Position numbers and translations under genes: made by a program. Below, in pieces: positions 38,575-51,538 of a DNA stretch of 64,000 nt. Below the pieces are notes generated by a model. It did not search any database, was not told where the DNA came from, and saw nothing but the letters and a program-made list of their open reading frames with translations. Numbering within the stretch: the stretch's first letter is position 1; each line of letters begins with the position of its first letter. This DNA is from Nageia nagi (lineage: Eukaryota; Plantae; Pinophyta), in the NCBI GenBank assembly GCA_050084985.1, contig JBITNC010000002.1, positions 9,114,001 through 9,178,000 on the forward strand. Reading direction: 5' to 3'.

Positions 38575-40194
38575 ATACATAATATCACAATATTTAAATA
38601 CAACATCAAAATACTATTATTACTACAAAAAGATAGTATCTTATTAAACAAATCATAGGTCACACACCTCTTCAACTCGAGCATCAACATTTGCAAAGGA
38701 TCAACTTGCCTTCTCTTCACTTCGGGGAAATGAATTGTAGTTTCTCATAATTTGACTTGTAAAGGTTGACTTATGTCTTCCTTAACAATATCTCTTTAAA
38801 ACCAAGATTTACACCTGCATATTCATATTTCAAGCTCTATGCTCCTTTTCTCAGTTTCTCCTTTGTTAACATCTCATTATGGATTTTAGTGCTGAAGGAT
38901 CCTTTGAGTCTCATTGGGTGATACTTTTGTACTTTCTTTGATTACTCTAGTATAATATTCACCTTATTCACTTCCTCTTATGGATTTGATACCTATTCTA
39001 TCTTATCAAGGACATTTACTTTCATCCTGACATCCTCCTTTAAAATAAGTTATGGTGCTACCCTTAAGTTCTTACTTATTTCTATGATTTTAAACCCCTT
39101 TTAAGGGTGTTGTTCCTCCAAATTTATTACTTTTACACCTTTGAATATTGTTGCAATATTCTCTAATGTCCTATTATAGGATTATCTACCTAGTTATTCA
39201 CTTGGGTTGATTGTCTTCCCCCTAAGGCATTTAGGACTTAACTTTATCTTCTCTTCAAACTCAATAGATTGTAAGCATGAAGGCTTAACCATGTATAGCT
39301 CTTTCTCCTCTATCTCCTTTCCCTTTGAAATCTAATTTTTAATGACACTTCTCATTCTCATGTGACTTGGAATAGAGGGTTCATTATCTTTCTCTTCCAC
39401 TTTAGTTATAGTGCACCACTCCCTTTCCACACCAATCTTTACAAATGACTTGAGGGAACCCTCATTGGAGTTTTTATTACTCCCTTATGAAACCAATGGT
39501 TATACCTTTTCCCTTATAAATTTTATAGTATTTGAGATAGGTTCCACCATACTCTAGGGCTTATCCTACTCTAAAATAGCATGCTTTCTCTTTTCTCCCC
39601 TAAGATTGTTAGTTTGTTCCATTTTGATCTTCTTATGCTTTTCTTACCATGGATAGCTCATGATCTAAGTTTCATTCTTCTTATAACACTTCTAATTTAG
39701 TAAGAGAATTATTTGGAGAGTCTCTTATACTAGATTAATATCCAATTTTGGGATCATAAAATTCATCTCCCTCTCTCCCCTCTTGCCCACTTTCCTTTCC
39801 CTTAGACCCTTCGTCACTAGAATTTCTTGATTGTAGCACTAGTTTTCTTTTAAGTTTGTTGCTTCTTCTTAGCTTCTCTACTACTTCCTTCTCTTCCTAA
39901 ATTATAGGTTCTCTTTCTTCTTTGATTAGACTACTTTTTACCCTAACCATCTATTGATCCTTCATCTTGTAAAATACTTTCTCTTTATTATTTATTGCAT
40001 TCTCCTTCCATCTCTTACTTTTAAGGTTGCTCCTCTCCCTTTTTGAGGCCCACTTCATATTGAAGCTTAATAGAATGCTGGTAGCCTCCACCTCTTCTCA
40101 ATTTTCATGGATGCAAGGCAACTATTTGTTATTCTCAATCTCTTCCTGCATTGAATTTGGTTTCAAAGGGCTTTGAACATCACAATCCAGTGCT

Positions 40195-40950
40195 CTAAGG
40201 CCTTATTATTCTTTGGGAGGGATTTGCAAGTTTGTTTCTACTTATTAATATTATTTGGTATGTTTTGATTAGAATCATATTGCCACCTTTATTTGATGTA
40301 GTTGTAGGAAATATAGTCTTTTTACTCTCTACAACATCCTCCCTTCTTATGATTTTCGAGGGTTCCCCTACTTCCTTGACTCCTCCTTTTCCTGGCTCAA
40401 AACTATGACTTCCCACTAAAATATTTACCCTAGGGAATTTTTTAAGGGATAAAGATACCACCCTTTCATAAACCAATTTTATCACAACACCATGCAATGG
40501 AAGCAGAGCTTTGTTTTGCTTAATCTTATCAATAGATAAAGATATTGAATTGAATATTAAGAATAGAAAATTAACAAATGATTGAGCATGAAGAAATGAG
40601 AAGACATGAGAATTTTGTATCTTCCCTATAAGGTAAAATACTTAATTAAGATAGTAGATACATCATCCTAAGGTTTGGGAATAGAATCTCTTACCACTCT
40701 TATATAATATTTATCTAAATTGTTTGTCTTCATTACCTTCTCTAGGAACTTATTCCTTGCATTGAGTTTGTTGAGTTTTCCTTCTCTCTTCACTTGTATG
40801 CCTTCATTTGGCATGAAAATTGTGAGTTTACTATCCATTTACCTTTGTATGTTAGATTCAGATTTAACTCTACCTTCTACTTCCTTTTGGGTGTTAAAAT
40901 TTGAGATGCTAACTTTATCACCTTATTATACTCATAATTAGTTCAAAATT
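40195..40950 (-). pseudogene. Degenerate TE accessory ORF
   Basis: Minus-strand reading MPNEG...IPKP*DDVSTILIKYFTL*GRY...SHFFMLNH, then MHGVVIKLVYE; K/E-rich low complexity continues towards ~38700. Confidence 0.5.
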
Positions 40951-43900
40951 GGTTGTCAAAATCTTGATAATATTATTTCCTCAATTTGTTAGTTTTCTAG
41001 GCTTGTATTATTCCTTTTCCACCTTTAAAATTTATCTTTGAATCCTTAATGGGTGCCAAAATTCATGTTTCTGACATCCACTCCCTTGTGATCCTTAAAA
41101 CTAGTTCAAAATTTTCTTCGATGATTTGGATGATATCACTCCAATATTTTCTTGCGTTCTTCATTTATTTTTCATTGGTTGAGTCTTTGTATGGAAAATG
41201 TTGATGTAATTTAGGGAATAATCATAGAATATTTGTTGTTTTTCTATAACAACACTACTTCTTAGCATGCTTGATATCATTATTCTCATCGACTTGGACT
41301 TAGACACTTTTAGAATACCTAACATTAGTGCCTTATTACACCTTAAATTTTGTCTTCTTGCCTTATGGTGTTCAATGATATTCAATCCACTAAATGTTGA
41401 TGTCACCTCTTGTGTACTCATAGAATTAGATATTTTAAAGACCTCTTATTACGTGAGTGCTTTGATAATGCTTCATGTTGATGTCAAAACCTAAAATTTC
41501 TCGTTTTCTTATTTTCAAGATCTAATTAAGTCTTGGAAAGAATTTCTATTGTACACATACATAATAAATTAAAACTTATATTTAAAAAATAATATCTACA
41601 AATATAACTATAAAATATAACAATGCTTTATCATAGTATTTACATATACAATCACTTCATGTAATATATTATAGCACACTTGAGAATGGGATTAATGCTT
41701 TGTAAGAAGACTTCTGTAATATGATTTTTAGTAATAGAACCATCTAGGGATCTTCATATTTTTTGATATCATGGTATAAAATCCTTTAATTATTAAATAG
41801 GTCCTTGCTTGCAATTCATAAAATCTATTAATGTAATAGCCTATGGCACATTACACTTGAAATATGTTCTTAATAATATCCATAACTGATTATATGAAGT
41901 GAATAAATTAGGATCCAATGTATAAAATAATTTATGATATTCATTGATGAGAATAAGGAGAAAATATATTTCTTTCAAGTTATTGTTGATTCCACATTCA
42001 AGCTCCATGAGATACTTAAATCCTTGTAGATGAATGTTAGAATCTCTTACACCATTTAATTTTTCAAGTTCCATCTCCTTTTTTAAAGTAGGGTATTTAA
42101 AATATATTCACTTAGTATATTACTCTTGTCATTGAAATTATGAATTTTGAAGTAATTATCGACCATTGCTTTGAACATCTCTTTTATGGATTTATATGTT
42201 GTTACACCCTAGTGTAGCACTACTGGTAGTGCTAGTACTACCTCTTTCAATACTAGTGGAAACGTTTTTGAAAAAGAAATCCATACTATTTGATATTACC
42301 ATTATTTTCACACTCATAAGATTTAAAGGTTAAATTTAAAAAAAAACCCTAATTTTTTTTGGATGTTAGAAATGTAACATTATTTGGAATGAAATTTCCA
42401 GAAACCATAATTTAAGATTTACAAAAATGTAAAAGGAATCAGGTTCAACAAAATGTAGATGATAAATGCAATCCTAAACTTATAGTAAAGGATTATGGAA
42501 ATATATCTACTAATAATTGAGTAAAGTAACCTACTTTCTTGCAATCACTTAGTAACTAATGTAAATAACTTGAATCCATAACAATAACATAATGGAAAGA
42601 ATAAGATAGCAATGAATGATGAAAGTGTAATATTATAACCTATGAGAAGGGAATGATAAATAAATTTGCACTTACCTACAGGAATTTTGTGTAATAGTAC
42701 ATATTTGATTAAATATTCAAGAATATTTTGGATGAAGATATGGGAATCAAATGCACTCTTGTGTAATAGTCTTGGTGCTATCATGCTTTATGACCTGGCA
42801 TTAGCCTTGGAAATCTTTTATCTTAATAGAAAGCCAACTTCAAGTTTAGTGATCAAGGAACCAAGCCTTAATGTGTAATGCAAAGAGGTGATAGATAGCT
42901 CTTGAGTGTAATAGATACCAATCTTGATAGGTGGTATTAATAAATATTGGTAAGTTTATGAGAGACATTCATAGTCCCATTGAGATTCCATCTTTATAGT
43001 CTTTCCATGCATATAATTCTCTATTTCTAGGATTAGGAATTGAAAACACTTGGAGATACTCATCAACTATAAGTGAATTATGACCTCTTAATATTGGGTT
43101 AAGATTGAAATTAATTACAAATAATACATCTTAATTACAAATGAGAATATATCCTTCATTATAGTTTTATACATTGTAAAAAGTAAAACTGTACTACTAT
43201 ATTATATCTATCTTCTTATACAAAATATATGATTTGAAAGTGTTAGCAAATTTTAGGATTCTAAATAGAATCCCTTTTCAAATTTAAATTATTATATAAC
43301 ATTATGATGTTTGTTAGTCTTTTAGAGTCCATTAACATTTTTCTTAATGTTTTATTTCTCCATCTCATCATCACTCTAAAAATTCTAATACTTTGGTATA
43401 TTATATATTTATTAAGAATTATACCTATTAACATCATTATCTTAATAGAAAAACTTTGATAAATTCTTTCTTTTTCTTTTATAGCCTCTCATATTTCTTC
43501 AAACTCAGGTAAAATACTTATTTTCAAAATTTTTGAGGATGATGTGTTAATGTTAACTATTAAAACTACCAATTGGTGAGAGAAATTATTTTATAGATTG
43601 GGTGACACATTGAAAATTATTTTTAGAATTATAAATACTAAAATATTTTTGGAAGAAGAAGTTAAAATATTTATAGAAAGGGATAAGTTTAAAATTAGAA
43701 CTAAAACTAGATATATTCAAATAGGTGCACAAAGTATCATATTTTCTAATTAAATTTGGTATATGATAGATCTAGGATTTTTGTATGTATTTAATTTCTC
43801 TTGGTACATTATAGATATAGAACAAGTATTTATTGATGTTCAACCAAATAATGATTCAACCTTATTCATTCAAATGGCTTTCATTAGAAATAATACACTA

Positions 43901-46900
43901 GCTTTAATATTAGGTGCATCAGGTATCTAGAAATCTAGTAAATACATTAGTAATTTTACAATACTTAATATTTAATATTAGGATTTTTATTAATTAATTA
44001 TAAAGTCTTGGTTTCTATATTGGAATATAACTCTCACTCCTATAATGTATAAATTACTTTTATCAATAATTTAATGACACTCTCTGTTTAATATCCAATA
44101 TCATATTAGAACCAAGTTGCCCTATTCAAAAGTTTTTCTAGTCGAAAAGTTTCCCTTCCTATTAGAAGAAAGTGTAAAAAATAACTTACCTTGAAGATAA
44201 ATGAAAAAAATAATAATTGTGTACAAGTTTTTCCTTCCTACCAAAAGTATGTGAAAATAATATTTGCCTTGAGATTTTATGTTAATGAGCTAGTTTTGGT
44301 GAGATATTTTCCTTTTTGATGAAAGAAAGAGTAAACCTATGTTTACCTGAGAATATTCATGAAAAATCATAACCATTCTATGATCAAGCACTAAATACTA
44401 AAAATGTGAGACAACATTTTCATAAGAAGAGAATTATATTTAAAGGAGTTGAAGATCAAAGAAGTGTAATAGATCATTTTCCTCCCCAAACCATCCTTCA
44501 TTAACCTCTCTACCCATGGTAACATCTTATCATACTACCCATATGTAATGCTCTTGAGTCTCTAGCTTAAGCAACCCATCACATCATGTGCAAGAGAAAA
44601 TACTTCCTCATACCCTATGGATTTATCTATACCCACACTACTCATTATGTGAAGAAGAGATCTTAATATTTAGAGACATGCAAACCTATCATAATCACCC
44701 CTATTCAAGGAGATCACACCCAACCTATGCATCTCTTTAGCTACATGCCTATACAATTATTTAAATTCCTTATGTCATGCCTAGTTGGAGCATGTTTTTT
44801 GAAGAGAATGGAATGAATTTTTTCTAGAAAATGATTTATGTTTTGGCATATTAATTTTATATCACCTAGTAAATAAAATATTTGAAGTAAGAGCTCATCC
44901 AAGAAGGTGAAAAAATGATTAAATTTCTAAAGTTTTCTAGTAATTCAATATTTAAAATATTTGGAGGAGACTACACAACCATAAAATCATTTGACAGAGA
45001 TAATACTTTATCCAACACTATCAAAATTTTAAGGAGAAACTATCAATATTTTCCCAACAATTATTAAAAAAAATAAACTTTTGAGGTTCCCATTTGTAGA
45101 AGACACAATCACCCAATTTAGCCAACAAATATTTTTGAAATATATTAAATATTTCTCATGACATTCATTCAAATAAATAAATCATTTGATAAGGCAAAAG
45201 ATAACCAAAAATAATATAAATTATCATTTATACAAAGTGATGCATTTGTTATGTTGGTGAAATATCAAGTTTGCAAACAAGTGGTTAAGATTTCAAATCT
45301 TCACTTAAAATATAATTTTAACATGTGTAAAATTCAAAATAAAGCATTTGTTCAAGTTTTCAAGTATTAAATTACCATTTGTTACAAAGAGGGCAATTAA
45401 TACCTTAGAGATAAAATGGAACCTTGAAGACAAAACATTGCAAGTGTTGTGAATTTTTTTGCAAACTTTAGAGAGTGCAATTTTTTTGCAAAATTATAAT
45501 TGAATACTGAATCTTGCAAAGATAAACATTACCCATATAACCCAAAATATTTGTTTTCCAATTCCCAAGTGTTGAAGCATAGTACCTATGCCTCTTGGAA
45601 AATGAATATTAAGACAATATTAGAGTTTGAAGAATTATGTGATATTGTAAGTGGAAAAGAAACTCATTCTAATAGTTAGTGAACTTCAAATCAAGTTGAA
45701 TCAAAGAAGCAAGAAATATTGCATGATAATTTTTCTTATCATTTTATATGATGTACAATCTAGTGTTTGAGACTCCAAAGATGTTGTAGAAGCTTGTAAG
45801 AAATTATAACAAGTGTTTACATAAAAGAATCAAAATTAAATTCTACATTTGCAAAGAAAGTTACACAACTTGAAATTGGAAAGCAATGAACAAATCAAAT
45901 CCTTTCTTTATAAAGTTTCAACCTCTATGCTTCCCTACTAGAATTAGGTGATATGATGAAAGATAATCTCCTTATACCCATGTCCCTAAGAGCACTCCTA
46001 GAGATATACTATACCTTTATGACAACATTGAACATATTGAAGTAAACACCTAACTTTAAAGAATTGGTAAATATGTTTCAAAAAGAAGAAACTTCACATG
46101 CACCTTCTAATTATGAGGAACAAGCCATGATATCTAATCATAGAGGAAGAAAGTCTTTCTAGTAGAAAGGCAAAGGAAACAATTTCTTGTAGTCCAATGA
46201 TAAGCATGAATTGCAAGATTGTTGGTACAATTCATTTTATCAAGGCTCTTCTAGTAATAAGAATAATAATAAAAATGATATAATACTTAGAATCAAGGGG
46301 AGTGGAAACAAAAAATACCACCTCAACAAAGATAACACTAAGGAAATGTTGTCAATGATATTGATGAAGTGATTGATAAATTTGACAATCTTGCTCTTGT
46401 TTATAAAGAGAAACTCTACATTTCATCCACTTGGTATGTTAATTGTAGTTCTTATAAGCACATGATTGACCAAAAGTATTGGTTTATTTATTTTGATAAA
46501 AACTCATATCCTGGTCAAGTACATTTAGGCAATGACACATATCATGATATTGAAGGAAAAGGTGATGTTCACATTCATCTTGGAAAGAAAAACTATTAGA
46601 TCAAAAACATCTTATATATTCCAAGGATCAGAAAGAACCTCTTGTCAATTAGTTAAATGCTGGAAAATAATATAAAGGTGGAGTTTAAGATTGTAAATGG
46701 AAAGAATATTTGATTCATTAAGAAAAAATATAGAGATTATCAAGTAGTAGCAAAAGCTCAAGGCGTTAGAAGGTTGTTTCTACTTGATGTTGTAGCTTCA
46801 CGATCAAGATATCAATGTTTGTCTTACATATGTCACCACTATTTAGTACCTAAAATTTGAACACATGAATCCAAACTTCCTAATCAATCTATAAAAGAAG

Positions 46901-49687
46901 GATATAGTAAATGGTATCCAATCTCTTTCTTCTTATACTAATATTTTTTCTACTTGCATCATAAGGAAACAACACACACTTCCATTTGAGGCTAGCACAC
47001 ATCATGCTATAAAAATTCTTGATGTGATTCACATTAGTCTATGTGGACTCATAAGTAATAGTAACACTAGTTATAAATACTTCCTTCTATTTTTTGATTA
47101 TTAATCCATAAAAATGTGGGTGTACCTATTAAAAACAAAGGATGAAATATTTCAAAGTTCATCTAGAGAATGCCACTATTCTTCATATCCATATTCTTTG
47201 CTTAGATTGAGGGGAAGAGTACCTATCAAATGATTTTTTTTTTCATTCTTGAAGCAATATGGAATTTGGTGATAGTTTATCACACTCTATACATCACAAT
47301 AAAATAGGATTTATGAAAGGCAAAATAGGACCATACTTAAAATGGTGAGAAGTATGGACAATTTTTTTTGATCAATTTCATAAAAAATGTAATATGTATG
47401 CTAAATAGAGAATGTTATAAATATTTTGATGAGATGAAACCTAAAAAAGCATTGATAAGAGTGAAATAATTTATCTCACATCTTTGAGTATATGGTTGTA
47501 CTGCTTATATGCATATTCCCAAATGTTAGAATGTATAATGCATTATTGTAAAATTTGTATTAAATATTTTATGTAAATTCACTAATAATTAAGGGTATTA
47601 TTTGATACCAAATATTTTAGTGAATATAATAATGTAACTTGTCCTACACTCCAAGTCATGAGCATGCTCTTTGAGTAAAAGATGTGCATGTCATGCTTAG
47701 GTCATCTAAGGAGGGATTTTGGCCTATAAATAGAAGGCTCTCTCTTTGTAATTACACACCAATTGTGGAGTAAGGATATTCTATAGGATAGAAGTGTAGG
47801 AGTTGAGATTAGGAGAATTGTAAGAGAGTTGTATTTGTGAGAGAAGTAAAGATCTAGTTAGTGGATGTACTCCTAGTTAGAGGAACCACTTTACATCTTG
47901 TGTTGTGAGATTGCTTTGTGTATTTGTTAGATGTAATTATGAGCTTTCATATGATCTTGGTAGTTTCAAAATTATATTTTTAGTGTCAATTTCTTCAAAT
48001 TGGTATTAGAGCCACTTGGAGGCTCATCTTCATATCCTTGGTGTGGAAGCTACATCTTGATGATCTTCACTTCTCATCCTTCACCTCGTTGTTGAGGTAA
48101 AAATTAAGAGAAGGTATAAATTAAATTCTCCCTTCTTGGTTGCTTTTGGCTTATTACATTTTATTACTAACATATTACTTATTATGTGTTACCCTTTATT
48201 TTGAGCATAATATGGCTAACAAAATTGCCTAATTTAGTTAATGCTCATATCCTATGATTACTTGCAATTTTTTTAATTACTACAAGTTTTTAAGAGAAGG
48301 GGTCATTATACAAAATTTGTGTAATCTTACAAAAAAATATACTTAACATTAAGAAATAGGATGCAATTTTGTGCCATTTGTTTTGATACTAACATTTTTA
48401 AAAAAAAAAATAAGTGTAATTATTTTTTTATACATTTTGGTTAAATATGTATAAATTTTAAAGTTTTTAAAACAAAAAAATATTTTGTTAGTAATTTTTT
48501 AATCTTGGCATTTACATGGGGAGGAAAACATGAGTCCTTTAGATATCATGTAGTTACATTTTTTGCATTTTTACAAAAGCTTAAAAATTATTTTGAGGCT
48601 CCTCCTATAGCAGTGCTCTTCCTCCTCCTCGCCATCCTCTCTTAGCACTATCACTTCAATCGTTCATGACTTGTTGCTCTCTAGTCTGCTTGCAGGAATG
48701 GTGTTTGATTTGATCTATTCACAACTAGCACTTTCCTCCTCTACATGCTTCTCTCTTCTTGCACCATGGCCCTCCTCTGGTCCTCTCATGCTCTATTCAT
48801 TTGCTTCTTCCCTTACCCAGCTTGTGGGCATCACATCCTGTAGCTAGGGTGAGGGTTTGCATTATTTTTATGCCATTGCAACTAAGCACACTAGTAGCCC
48901 TCGAGTGAAGACCTAACACATTACTTCCTCTTCTCCTATACCATGAAACCTATTCTATTAAAGCCAAATAACACCTGCAACCAACATATTATTCATCATG
49001 ATTACTTTTTTGCCCACCTTGGGAGGTATTCATAACAAATTACATTTCAACATTTTTTATTTCTCTTAATGTAATGGTTTAAACCCATAGCCAGACCACC
49101 ATCATGCATGCTTGAACATGCATTTCAAGCATTCAAATCTACTCCCTCTACTTACCATGATCATGATGGCATTCATCACCTTTGGTCTCTCATTGTCATA
49201 CTTGCTCCATGAGAGATTACTTTTTTGTTACTCACCGATTGTGGTGGTGCCTACAACCAATGATTACTACCTTGCCCACCTATTGAATGCATAGGATAAT
49301 GAATTAATTTGGAGTTTGTTAGCTAAAACTATAGTGTACTCTAGTGCTAATGCTCATATTCTTGCATAATTTGGTGTTGACATTTGAATTCCATCTTGTT
49401 GGACCTTTTTTGTAATTTATATTTGAAGATACTTAAATTTCTCCTCACTAACCCCATTGACCACCTTTTTTTTTCAAATGCCTACAAACTTTGTGCATTT
49501 TTTTCAATGCTACCCTCATTTTAAATATTATTTTTGGAGATCTTATGTTTTAAATCCAAAGGGGGTAAATATGATGTTTTGACTTAATTTTTTATGTCCT
49601 TTCTAAGTATTATTCTTTGAAGTAATGCTTAGAATTTTTTTTTAAGCTAATAAGTATGCTTACTACTTCAAATACAATTTTTTTTTT

Positions 49688-50329
49688 TGAAGGAACTAAT
49701 ATTAACAATATAATTCCTAAACTACCAAGATCATATGAAAGCTCACAATTACATCCAACAAATACACAAAGCAATCTTACAACACAAGATGTAAAATGGT
49801 TCCTCCAACTAGGAGTACATCTACTAACTAGATCTTTACTTCTCTCACAAATACAACTCTCTTAGAATTCTCCTAATCTCAACTCCTACACTTTTATCCT
49901 AGAGCATATACTTACTCCTCAATTGGTGTGTCATTACAAAGAGGAAGCCTTCTATTTATAGGCCAAAATCCCTCCTTGGATGACCTCAGCATGACATGCA
50001 CATCTTTGACCCAAGGGGCATGCTCATGACTTGGAGTGTAAGACAAGTTACATTATTATATTCACTAAAATACTTAAGGTATCAAATAATACCTTTAAGT
50101 ATTAATAAATTTATATAAAATATTTAATACATATATTTACAATAATGCATTATACATTTCAACACTCCCCCTTAATGTAATATTGGGATAGAGCGAGTAA
50201 GAGAAGAAGAAGAAAAAGTAAGAGAGTTCTCTTCCAAACAGATACAATGGAGATGAGAAGTTTGTACATATTTGTGAAGGAAGAAATATCCAATTTGAGA
50301 CTCACTACTTTACCAAATACAATCATTAA
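49688..50329 (-). mobile_element. Inverted third LTR + PPT + ~165 bp 3' UTR of the same Copia family
   Basis: 49688-50164 is the reverse complement of the LTR; CTCCCCCTT follows, then sequence matching ~56490-56654 in reverse. Confidence 0.9.
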
Positions 50330-51538
50330 AAATATTTGATGTTTTGACTTAATTTTTTAGTACTTCAAACACAACAAAAAAAAGGGAGGGCATTTTTTTA
50401 CTTAAAGGCATATTTTTATGTTAAAGTAATGCATGCTTAAGATTATTACTTATGCTTCGTGCATGCTTAGTACTTAATTTTTAAGATAAATACTTCTATT
50501 TTGTGCATGCTTAATACTTATTTGTTAAAGTTAATAAATGATTGGTTAGTTCTTAATTTTTTTTAAGTTAATACTTAGAACTTAATTTTTTTTGAAAATG
50601 CATGCTTATGATTGAAAAATGCATGATTATGCCTCTTAAATTCTAGTTCTTATGAAGAAATAATGTTTGCTTAATTTTTTGGTTTAATGCATACTTCTTT
50701 AAAATTAATGATATATACTTTTACTTATGGAATTGATGCATGCTCTTATGAACTTGTACAAAATAAGAGATGATGTAATGATGTCCTTTAGGGTTTGTGA
50801 ACAAAACCCATTGGACATTTAGGTTTCAAGTTATTGAATGGATGATGGTTTTATTTATGCTCTTTTATTTCATATTTTGCATTTTGATTTATTTGCTTAT
50901 GTAAATAAAAATGTAAATATTGATATGAGCAACCCCCTAAAATGAATACATTTGCATGTACTTTTTGCAACATGACTTGTTTGGAGAGCCACAAGGTGAG
51001 GACAGGTGGAATGGAGCCTTTAAGTTTGATGATCCAAGTGTTGAAAAGTCTATACTGCTTAATTTCCCCTAAATCCTCTATTGGTCTAAACATAACTCTA
51101 TTAGGTGGATAGATATGTGTGTAGTGATACCACATATCCACATGTCCATTCAAGGATTATCCTGATAACCTAGGAGGACAACTTGAAACCTAATCAAGAT
51201 TAATAATTTAGTCGATCCAATATATATCAAAACCTTGAAAAATAGCTCATACTTCTCCTTGAGAGAGTATATTTCTACCCAAATGGAATCGATTGAGGAT
51301 TGATAGGACATAGGCTCCTCTTATGTGGGCATCCAAGTGAAGGCCTAATTTTAAATAAAAAAATAAGCCTCAACAATGTCACTCTACTTCTATGATTCTT
51401 GAGATGAGAAATGTATTTGGGTACATGGGTTATTAGTTAAATATTTACACTTATGAATCACATAAAGTATGTCTTTAGTGTTAATTATTTGGTTTATTAA
51501 AAACACATGCTTATTATTTCAATTTTATTTTAAAGAAA

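Noticed and set aside
34481-38720. Paired ORFs 34481..34801 / 37512..37829 and 35232..35537 / 38262..38720 as duplicated genes
   Set aside because: They are the two LTR copies of one element; no protein motif, and 38262..38720 runs across the element boundary.
42215-42232. AGCACTACTGGTAGTGCT palindrome as a CACTA terminus
   Set aside because: No subterminal repeats, partner end or TSD can be assigned.
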